A DNA stretch of 32,000 bases from Ktedonobacterales bacterium (GTDB taxonomy: Bacteria > Chloroflexota > Ktedonobacteria > Ktedonobacterales > JADMIN01): NCBI GenBank assembly GCA_030167145.1, contig CP126532.1, forward strand, positions 4,710,001 to 4,742,000. Reading direction: 5' to 3'. Below, piece after piece: positions 23,360 through 30,829 of this stretch (within the stretch, counting starts at the first letter, position 1; each line of letters starts with the position of its first letter). The translations under genes were made by a program, and so were the position numbers. The notes under the pieces are model-generated. The model had not been told where the DNA came from. It worked only from the letters and a program-made list of their open reading frames with translations, and searched no databases.

Positions 23360-25213
23360 ATGTTGCTCGAACTCACCATCAATAATTTCGCCATCATTGA
23401 TAGCCTGCGTCTCACCTTCGATCCGCATTTCAATGTCTTCACTGGCGAGACGGGCGCTGGCAAATCAATACTCATAGATGCTATCTCGGCGTTGGTGGGC
23501 GAGCGCACTGGCAGCGACGTGGTGCGGGCGGGCAGTGACCGTGCGCTGATCGAAGGTGTCTTCGATCTCGCTATGTTGGCGTCGGCTGGCAACGGCGCAT
23601 CCGACCGTACCCAGAAGCGGCAGGCGCGAGATGAGGAGGAACGGGAAGAGACGGAGACACTTGCCGATGTGCTTGCAGACCTTGGTATCGCGCCAGAAGA
23701 GGATGGCGTGTTGATTCTCTCGCGCGAAATTCTGGCGAGCGGACGCGGCATTGCGCGGGTGAATCGGCGCGCTGTGCCAGTGTCGAGCTTGCAGCGCGTG
23801 GGACGCTTCCTGGTGGATATGCATGGCCAGAGCGCGCATCTGGAACTGCTACGGCCTGAGCAGCACGTCCACTATCTGGACCGCTATGCCGGAACAGTGG
23901 AGCTTCAGCGCCAGGTAGCCGAGCAGGTACTCCAGTTGCGGGCGACGCGCCGTGAGCTAGAACGTCTGCGTCAGGACGAACGCGAAATCGAGCGACAAAT
24001 CGAGTTGCTGCGCTACCAGGTAGACGAGATTGAGGCGGCGCGGTTGCGTCCTGGTGAACTGGAAGACCTGGAGACCGAACGCAGGCGATTAGCCAACGCC
24101 GAACGTCTGGGAGAACTTTCCGCGCTAGCGCATGCCGCGCTTGCCGGCGATGGCGAGAGCGATACGCCGGGCGCGGTGGATCTGCTGGCGGGTGCGGCGC
24201 GCACATTGGGCGACCTGCTACGGCTAGATGATTCGCTGCACGAACACATGGAACCTTTAGAGCAGGCGTTGTATTTGGCGCAGGAAGTGGGCACGGCGCT
24301 GCGCGGTTATCAGGACGAACTGGCGGCGGACCCGGCGCGACAGGCAGAGGTGGAGGAGCGGCTCGACCTGCTGGCGAAGCTCCGTCGCAAGTATGGCGCA
24401 ACGATTGAGGCGATGCTGGACTATGCGACACGCGCCGCGACTGAGCTGGATGAATTGACCCACCGTGAGGAGCGCGCGGAGGCGCTGGCGGAGGTGGAGC
24501 ATGATCTGAAGGTACAGATCGGCGCACTGGCAGGGCGACTCTCGCGGCGGCGGAGCGAGGCGGCGGGGCAGTTAGCGGCAGCGATGGAGCGCGAGCTAGA
24601 CGATCTGAATATGCGCCGGGCACGGGTGCTGGTACGAATTACGCAAGCGCCTGACCCGGAGGGTGTGCCCGCCGAGCTAGAGGGCGCGAGCGCGCCAGTG
24701 TTCTATTCGTTCACGGTAACGGGCATTGACCGCGTGGAGTTTCTCTTTGCACCGAACCCTGGTGAGCCACCAAAGCCACTGGCGCGCATCGCCTCTGGCG
24801 GCGAGACATCACGCCTGATGCTGGCGCTGAAAACGATTCTGGCGGCTGCCGATATTGTACCAGTGCTGATCTTCGATGAGATTGATAGCGGCATAAGCGG
24901 ACGCAGCGGCCAGGTAGTAGCCGAGAAGCTGTGGCAACTTGGCCGTACACATCAAGTGCTCTGCGTAACCCATCTGGCGCAGATCGCGGCGCTGGGCGAC
25001 CGCCACTATCGCGTAGCCAAAGCGAGCGATGACAATCGCACTTCAACGCGCGTGTCAACGCTGGCGGATGGCGAGCGAGTGGCCGAGGTGAGCCAGATGC
25101 TCGGCGGGGCGAACACGGCGGCGGCGCGCGCTAACGCGACGGAACTGCTTGCACGCGGCGCAGCGTGGAAGGCGGCCAGCGCGAGCAACGCGGCGCCCGC
25201 GCAGACTGCCTGA
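23360..25213 (+). CDS. recN: DNA repair protein RecN
   Basis: MLLELTINNFAIIDSLRLTF, Walker A GETGAGKSILIDA, long coiled-coil centre, C-terminal ASGGETSRLMLALK and LIFDEIDSGISG. The conserved nadK-recN adjacency supports the call. Confidence 0.93.
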   Translation: MLLELTINNFAIIDSLRLTFDPHFNVFTGETGAGKSILIDAISALVGERTGSDVVRAGSDRALIEGVFDLAMLASAGNGASDRTQKRQARDEEEREETETLADVLADLGIAPEEDGVLILSREILASGRGIARVNRRAVPVSSLQRVGRFLVDMHGQSAHLELLRPEQHVHYLDRYAGTVELQRQVAEQVLQLRATRRELERLRQDEREIERQIELLRYQVDEIEAARLRPGELEDLETERRRLANAERLGELSALAHAALAGDGESDTPGAVDLLAGAARTLGDLLRLDDSLHEHMEPLEQALYLAQEVGTALRGYQDELAADPARQAEVEERLDLLAKLRRKYGATIEAMLDYATRAATELDELTHREERAEALAEVEHDLKVQIGALAGRLSRRRSEAAGQLAAAMERELDDLNMRRARVLVRITQAPDPEGVPAELEGASAPVFYSFTVTGIDRVEFLFAPNPGEPPKPLARIASGGETSRLMLALKTILAAADIVPVLIFDEIDSGISGRSGQVVAEKLWQLGRTHQVLCVTHLAQIAALGDRHYRVAKASDDNRTSTRVSTLADGERVAEVSQMLGGANTAAARANATELLARGAAWKAASASNAAPAQTA

Positions 25214-25390
25214 GCGCGTAGCACGGCATGCCAGTTGTGTGCTGCCAGCGAACGGCAGGACTTTTGCCCTGGCCCGCTCTGGTACGATTTGCCTGTCGCC
25301 AGTTGTGACGTATGCGACCGCTGAGCCGCTTGGAAAGTAGAGGGCGCACGCGTTCGCCTGCGCTGCACATCGCCTGGCTCTTTCGGCGCA

Positions 25391-25399
25391 TGCTATACT
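25391..25399 (+). promoter_or_regulatory. Extended -10 promoter element upstream of rsfS
   Basis: TGCTATACT (TGnTATAcT) at 25391-25399, inside a tandem ATGCTAT-ACT-ATGCTAT. No convincing -35. Confidence 0.35.
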
Positions 25400-25463
25400 A
25401 TGCTATGTGCGGATGTGCTCAGCGTCGCGAGGCGAACAACGCGCCAGAGTCAACGAGAGTCAC

Positions 25464-25829
25464 ATGTGCGAAAGGAGCGCGTTTCTGGAGCCTACCGAGC
25501 TAGCGAAAACGCTCGTTGATGTCGCGGCGGATAAGAAGGCGATTGATATCGCGCTGCTGGATATTCGCGGGATTTCCGTGCTGGCGGATTACTTTGTGAT
25601 CTGTACAGGCGCGAATTCACGGCAGATCAACGCCATTCTTTCGGCGATTGACGACAAGCTGGATGAATTGGACCTGCCCAGGCATAAGCGCGAGGGCGAC
25701 CCTGAAAGTGGCTGGGTGCTGATTGACGCCGGGGACGTGATTGTCCACGTATTTGGTCCGATGGAGCGCGAGTTTTACCGGCTCGAACGGCTCTGGAGCG
25801 ATGCTCCGACGGTGATGTACCTGCAATAA
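25464..25829 (+). CDS. rsfS: Ribosome silencing factor RsfS (iojap family)
   Basis: LDIRGISVLADYFVICTGANSRQINAI and GWVLIDAGDVIVHVFGPMEREFYRLERLW match RsfS. The start is ambiguous (ATG 25464 preferred; the track uses 25407). Confidence 0.85.
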   Translation: MCERSAFLEPTELAKTLVDVAADKKAIDIALLDIRGISVLADYFVICTGANSRQINAILSAIDDKLDELDLPRHKREGDPESGWVLIDAGDVIVHVFGPMEREFYRLERLWSDAPTVMYLQ

Positions 25830-25844
25830 ACGCAGCGAAGGGGT

Positions 25845-26036
25845 GTGACGGCAATGGCGACGTTACGGAATCGGTTCTTCGTCGAGGGGATTTTGCTGGG
25901 CGGGCTATGTGGCGTGGCGCTAGGCACCATTCTTGCCTTCCAGGTCAATAATGAACGTGTTGGCGCTGCGCGGCGCCTGTTGCAGCGCGCTGTGCGCCGC
26001 GAGCAGACAGTGCCTTTTGAGCTTATTCGTCAATAG
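25845..26036 (+). CDS. Small single-pass membrane protein (hypothetical)
   Basis: Begins 15 bp after rsfS. One hydrophobic helix FFVEGILLGGLCGVALGTILAF, then a basic tail. Start is GTG 25845 or ATG 25854. No homology evidence. Confidence 0.4.
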   Translation: MTAMATLRNRFFVEGILLGGLCGVALGTILAFQVNNERVGAARRLLQRAVRREQTVPFELIRQ

Positions 26037-26122
26037 GCAGTATCCGCGCTGTGACGCTGTTCTGGTGGCTGGCGTGGCGCGTGACCATACGCTTTTCCAT
26101 ACATTCTCGCACTCATCCCATC

Positions 26123-26170
26123 ACCCGTGACACATGGTTCTTGCGTGTCACGGGTTACTTCATTTTGTGG
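26123..26170 (+). terminator. Intrinsic terminator after the rsfS/small-ORF unit
   Basis: Perfect 11-bp stem ACCCGTGACAC (26123-26133) / GTGTCACGGGT (26145-26155), 11-nt loop, followed by TTACTTCATTTTG. Confidence 0.55.
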
Positions 26171-26196
26171 CGGTACGCGCGAAGGAAGGTGGGTGT

Positions 26197-27208
26197 ATGA
26201 GAGAATTTAGTGCGATTGCGCGCGACCCTGGCGCGTTTCAGCAACCCCTCACGCTCGACCAGATACGCGCCGTGTGTCTCCGTGCTTTCGATAGCGATGC
26301 GTTGCTCTCCGTCCGTGAACTCGGTGGCGGCAGTTTCAACACGGTGTACCTTGTGCGCGTGGCTGAGCGAGAGCCGGTAATTCTGCGGATTGCGCCACCG
26401 CCAGAGTGCGCGGTTCCCTGGCACGAGCACGCTTTGATGCGCCGAGAGCACAGCATTCAGCCATATCTTGCGCCCATCGCGCCATTGCTTCCTCAGACTC
26501 TTTTGGCCGACTTTACACATCAGGTGCTGCCGCGCGATTATCTCTTCCAGACGTTTCGCGCTGGTGAGCGTTGGGACCAGATTGCCGCCACTCTCACGGA
26601 TGCGGAAGAAATGCGCGTGGCGGCAATTGGCGCACATTGCGAAGTCTATCCATCAGGTTGAAGGACCAGCCTTTGGGTATCCCTATCCCGGTCAGCAATT
26701 CCCTACGTGGAGCGCCACGGTACTTGCCTGGCTCGCATGGTGTGGCGACGATGTAGATGCCACCGGAGCCGATGCGACCGAGATCCGTGCCTTTGGCGCG
26801 CTCGCAGGTGAGCATGCGAACGTACTTGATGAGATTCGTGTTCCGCGCCTGCTGCATGGCGATCTGTGGCCTTTCAACGTGCTGATCCAGCGCGACGCGG
26901 ATGGGCCGAACATCGTGGCGGTGCTGGATAACGACCGCCTCTCGTGGGGCGATCCGCTCGCTGACTGGACATTTCACCTGCTGCCGCGCAAGGCGTCCGC
27001 AACGGCTCGCGCTGCATTCTGGGACGCCTACGGCCATCCTTCACAGACCGCGAGCGCGCGATTCCGCGACCTGGTCTACGAAGGGTTGCACGCGGGAAAT
27101 GTGCTTGCCGACGTGAAACGCAGGCGGCGAGATGATCTCGTGCCCGCGGTTCAGGAGAGCTTGCACACGGTGGCAGTGTCGCTCATGTCGCATGTCTCCA
27201 CTCTCTGA
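26197..27208 (+). pseudogene. APH-family (aminoglycoside/choline-kinase-like) phosphotransferase interrupted by a frameshift near 26611-26620
   Basis: The N-terminal half is in one frame (ATG 26197 after GAAGGAAGG; LGGGSFNTVYLV...VILRIAPP). The C-terminal half is in the next frame (AWRQLAHIAKSIH, catalytic HGDLWPFNVL, DNDRLSWGDPLAD). The first frame ends at TGA 26659-26661. Confidence 0.7.
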
Positions 27209-27382
27209 AAGGTCGTTGTCAGAACGCCAAGGATTGGCTTCTGGCCGGAGAGCAACACTGATGTGAAGGAATATTGTCCGGCATAAGACATGCCAACTAC
27301 AGCCATACGTCCCCTTGGTGATGAATTTCTTCGCGGGCGAGTGCTATGCTGTGGTCTATGTGTGCAACGCAGATGTTCCCGC

Positions 27383-27402
27383 TGTACGTAGATGTACGTA
27401 GT
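27383..27402. repeat. Tandem direct repeat TGTACGTAG(A/T) x2 upstream of topA
   Basis: TGTACGTAGA (27383-27392) is immediately followed by TGTACGTAGT (27393-27402). A third TACGTAG lies at 27498-27504. Confidence 0.8.
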
Positions 27403-27640
27403 GTGTGCTATGCTGACACGCGCCGTGAGAATTCATAGTCGTGGCTTGCGAGAATGCGCGCCATGTGCATCAATGGCACACATTGCGGCATATGCACTAC
27501 GTAGAAGAAGTGGGATCGCGGTGAAAGCGTCCCAATAGTTGAATGACAAACGATGGCTGGCGCACGTTCTTCGCGAGCAGAGAAGGCTTTTGGCTCGCTG
27601 GAGCCGGTAGCGCTATTGCGCAATGAAAGTGGACCGCAGG

Positions 27641-30040
27641 ATGGCGAAAAATCTGGTGATTGTCGAATCGCCTGCTAAGGCGAAGACGATAGAGAAGTTT
27701 CTCGGCAGCGATTTCGAGGTGCGTGCCTCGATGGGCCATATTCTGGACCTGCCCAAAAAGGGCATTGGTGTGGATACCCGCAAAGATTTCGCGCCGAAGT
27801 ATGTGGTGATCGAAAAGAAAGATCACTTGATTCAAGATTTGAAGACCGCGAGCAAAAAAGCTGATGTCGTCTACCTCGCGCCCGACCCAGACCGCGAGGG
27901 CGAATTCATCGCGTGGTCGCTCAAGAAGTTGCTGGGGCTGCGCCAGCCGCGCCGTGCGGTCTTCAACGAAATTACGAAGAAGGCGGTGCAGGACGCCATC
28001 GCTCACCCGCGCAGCATTGATGAGGATCTCTTCAATGCACAGCAGGCCCGCCGCGTGCTCGACCGGCTTGTCGGCTACAAGATCAGCCCTTTGCTCTGGC
28101 GGCGGGTGCAGTCTGGCACCAGCGCTGGGCGCGTGCAGTCCGTCGCGTTGCGGCTGATCTGCGAGCGTGAGGCAGAGATTCGCGCGTTCGTGCCTGAAGA
28201 ATACTGGACGATTATCGCGACACTGAGCCAGTCCGGGCAGAGGGCCACGTTTGAAGCGCAGCTTGTTGGGCAGCGCGATGGCGTCAGCGCGGACGATGTG
28301 GAGACGGAAGAGGACGCACAGAGCGACAGCGTCGAGGGGCGCGGAGCGCCCGCGCGTGGCAAGTTCCGTGTCACGTCGGGAGAGCAGGCGCAGGCAATTC
28401 TGCGCGCGCTGGATGGTGCGACCTATCGTGTGTTGCGGGTTGCGCGCAAAGATGTGCGGCGGCAACCATTCTTGCCGTACAACACCAGTTCGATGCAGCA
28501 AGACGCATCGGTGCGGCTGCGCTTCAAGCCAAAGAAGACGATGAGCCTGGCGCAGGGCTTGTACGAGGGTATCGAGCTTGGCGCGGCTGGGCATCAGGGT
28601 CTGATCACCTACATGCGTACCGACTCCACCCGCGTCTCCACCGAGGCGCAGTCGGCGGTCAAGCACTATATCGAACAGAGTTTTGGCAAGGAGTACGTTG
28701 GCGCGGGGCGAACGGCGAAGGCCAAGGCCAACGTGCAGGACGCCCATGAGGCGGTGCGCCCGACCGATGTCAATCTGACGCCAGACCAAGTCAAGCCGTA
28801 TCTCAGCGCCGACCAATTCAAACTCTATCAGTTGATTTGGCGGCGGTTCGTCGCGGCGTTCATGGCGCCGGCAGTCTTTGATACCGTGCGTGTGGATATT
28901 GGCGCGGGCGAGTATCTCTTCCGGGCGAATGGCTCAGTGGTCAAGTTTATGGGGTTCTACGCGGTCTGGCCGCGTGAAGACGATGGCACAACACTGCCAT
29001 CACTCAGCGATGGCGAGCCGCTGGATCTGCACAAACTCACTCCTGGGCAGCACTTCACACAGCCTCCCGCGCGCTACAACGAGGCGAGTCTGATCAAGGA
29101 GCTGGAAGAGCGTGGCATCGGGCGGCCAAGCACCTACGTGAGCATCGTCAGCACGGTGCAGGATCGTGGCTATGTGGAGCAGCAGGAGCGCAGGTTCGTG
29201 CCCACATGGCTTGGCGAGACAGTCAACGAGCTGATGATCAAGCACTTCACGGACATTGTGGATGTCAACTTTACCGCCGACATGGAGCGCAAGCTGGATG
29301 AGGTCGAAGAGGGTGAGCGCGAATGGACGGCCTTCCTCAAAGACTTCTACGGCGCCCTAAAGGCTGACCTGACCCGTGCTGAGACGGAGATGGACCGCGT
29401 GCAGCAGCCGGTCGAGGAGGCGAATGAGGCGTGCCCGCAGTGCGGCAAGCCGCTGTTGATCCGCACGGGGCGCTTTGGGCGCTTTATCTCGTGCTCAGGG
29501 TTTCCGGAGTGCGATTTCAAGAAGCCGTTCATGATTAAGACGGGCGCGATTTGCCCCGAATGTGGCGGTGATCTGGTCGAGCGGAAGTCGCGCAAGTCGG
29601 CCAAGGTGTTCTATGGCTGCGCGAATTATCCCACCTGCTCGTTCGCCGTCTGGGATCGCCCGCTGCCGGAGCCATGCCCGGAGTGCGGCGGTCTGCTGAC
29701 GTTGGGCAATGGCAAGACCGAGGCGGCCTGCGAAAAGTGTGGCGCGCTGGTGCGTGGGGCGCTTGAGGGCGAGCCAGAGGTCGTTGGGCATCGTGATCCG
29801 GCGGCGCTGGCGGCGCGTGCGACGGCTGCCGCCCGCCGGACTGCCGCGCGCGCCAAAGCCGAGAGCAACGGCACAAGCGGCAGTGTACGCCGCACTGCGA
29901 AGAGCGCCACCGCGCGCAAAACGACGACCGCGCCCAAAACCGCCACCACACGCAAGACAACGGCAAAGCGAGCGACAACCTCCACGACGGCGCGATCCAG
30001 TGGCAGACGGACAGCAGCCAGCGTGGACGCGAGCGCCTGA
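27641..30040 (+). CDS. topA: DNA topoisomerase I
   Basis: MAKNLVIVESPAKAKTIEKFLG (Toprim), DPDREGE, active-site region GLITYMRTDSTRVS, three C-terminal Cys4 zinc ribbons (CPQCG...CSGFPEC, CPECG...CANYPTC, CPECG...CEKCG), and an 84-aa T/A/R/K-rich tail. The track start 27623 adds 6 residues. Confidence 0.93.
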   Translation: MAKNLVIVESPAKAKTIEKFLGSDFEVRASMGHILDLPKKGIGVDTRKDFAPKYVVIEKKDHLIQDLKTASKKADVVYLAPDPDREGEFIAWSLKKLLGLRQPRRAVFNEITKKAVQDAIAHPRSIDEDLFNAQQARRVLDRLVGYKISPLLWRRVQSGTSAGRVQSVALRLICEREAEIRAFVPEEYWTIIATLSQSGQRATFEAQLVGQRDGVSADDVETEEDAQSDSVEGRGAPARGKFRVTSGEQAQAILRALDGATYRVLRVARKDVRRQPFLPYNTSSMQQDASVRLRFKPKKTMSLAQGLYEGIELGAAGHQGLITYMRTDSTRVSTEAQSAVKHYIEQSFGKEYVGAGRTAKAKANVQDAHEAVRPTDVNLTPDQVKPYLSADQFKLYQLIWRRFVAAFMAPAVFDTVRVDIGAGEYLFRANGSVVKFMGFYAVWPREDDGTTLPSLSDGEPLDLHKLTPGQHFTQPPARYNEASLIKELEERGIGRPSTYVSIVSTVQDRGYVEQQERRFVPTWLGETVNELMIKHFTDIVDVNFTADMERKLDEVEEGEREWTAFLKDFYGALKADLTRAETEMDRVQQPVEEANEACPQCGKPLLIRTGRFGRFISCSGFPECDFKKPFMIKTGAICPECGGDLVERKSRKSAKVFYGCANYPTCSFAVWDRPLPEPCPECGGLLTLGNGKTEAACEKCGALVRGALEGEPEVVGHRDPAALAARATAAARRTAARAKAESNGTSGSVRRTAKSATARKTTTAPKTATTRKTTAKRATTSTTARSSGRRTAASVDASA

Positions 30041-30082
30041 TCTGTGCGCGATGTGAGCCGCATGTGAGTTCTGTGCGTAGAA

Positions 30083-30104
30083 TGATACGAGAGTGATACG
30101 AGAG
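30083..30104. repeat. Perfect 11-bp tandem duplication TGATACGAGAG x2 upstream of hslV
   Basis: TGATACGAGAG at 30083-30093 and again at 30094-30104, directly after a TAGAAT -10-like hexamer (30078-30083). Confidence 0.8.
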
Positions 30105-30158
30105 AAGGCGCGCGCTCAGCGTTTTGTAGCGCCGCGTATACTTCAATAGAAGGCATGT

Positions 30159-30779
30159 ATGACGCAACGAGTGACTGGCGAGATGCACGCGACGACGATT
30201 CTGGCGGTGCGTCGCGGCAGTGATGTCGCTATGGCAGGGGATGGCCAGGTGACGGTGGGCGATGTGGTAATGAAACACAACGCCCGCAAGATCCGCCGCC
30301 TGGCGAACGGCCGTGTCATCGCAGGATTCGCCGGTTCAACTGCTGACGCTCTGACGCTGTTCGATAAGTTCGAGAGCATGGTAGAGCGTTTTCAAGGGAA
30401 TCTGCGGCGTGCGGCGGTCGAACTGACGAAAGACTGGCGCACTGATAAATACCTGCGCCGACTGGAGGCGATGCTGCTGGTGGTCAGCCGTGAAGAGCTA
30501 TTCGTGCTTACGGGTGATGGCGATGTCATCGAGCCGGATGACGGAGTGGCGGCGATTGGCTCTGGAGGCTCCTACGCGCAGGCAGCGGCGCGTGCGCTGG
30601 TGGAGTATACTGAACTTCCGGCACGGGAGATTGCGCGGGCGGCGATGCGTATCGCGGCTTCTATGTGCATCTATACCAATGACAGAATCCTTTTATTCAC
30701 GCTCGATGATGAAGCTGGCGCATCTGGCGGCAGCGAGGCGACGGTTCCGGCGTCGGTGGACGCGGGGCCGCACTCGTGA
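30159..30779 (+). CDS. hslV: ATP-dependent protease subunit HslV (CodW-like)
   Basis: [52 protein letters not shown] and [22 protein letters not shown] lies 6 nt upstream of ATG 30159; an alternative ATG at 30183 gives MHATTIL. Confidence 0.9.
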   Translation: MTQRVTGEMHATTILAVRRGSDVAMAGDGQVTVGDVVMKHNARKIRRLANGRVIAGFAGSTADALTLFDKFESMVERFQGNLRRAAVELTKDWRTDKYLRRLEAMLLVVSREELFVLTGDGDVIEPDDGVAAIGSGGSYAQAAARALVEYTELPAREIARAAMRIAASMCIYTNDRILLFTLDDEAGASGGSEATVPASVDAGPHS

Positions 30780-30829
30780 CGCGGGGTGAGAGCGCGGTGC
30801 TTGGTCAGAGGGCGAGGAGAGTATGTACT

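Noticed and set aside
23571-24623. 350-aa minus-strand ORF (Pro/Ala/Arg-rich)
   Set aside because: Antisense shadow of recN, with no motifs. The same reasoning applies to 22514-23233 (opposite nadK), 17334-18179 (opposite the helicase fusion), 31099-31911 and 31233-31820 (opposite hslU), 2215-2880 (opposite DoxX) and 5238-5949 (opposite holA).
25241-25266. Possible terminator after recN (CTGCC-N7-GGCAG followed by GACTTTTG)
   Set aside because: The stem is only 5 bp, which is too weak to call as a feature.
27290-27391. 33-codon Cys-rich small ORF (MPTTAIRPLGDEFLRGRVLCCGLCVQRRCSRCT) upstream of topA
   Set aside because: There is no Shine-Dalgarno at a usable distance; GAAGGAA is about 18 nt upstream. 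The ORF simply runs through the repeat region. It is interesting only if ribosome profiling supports it.
27408-27623. 71-aa minus-strand ORF in the topA upstream region
   Set aside because: No RBS, odd composition, and it lies in a region better explained as the topA promoter and leader.
27497-28816. 439-aa minus-strand ORF
   Set aside because: It is entirely antisense to the well-supported topA gene. Its composition is Arg/Leu/Ala-rich low complexity, as expected for the reverse frame of a high-GC gene, and I see no RBS or family motif.
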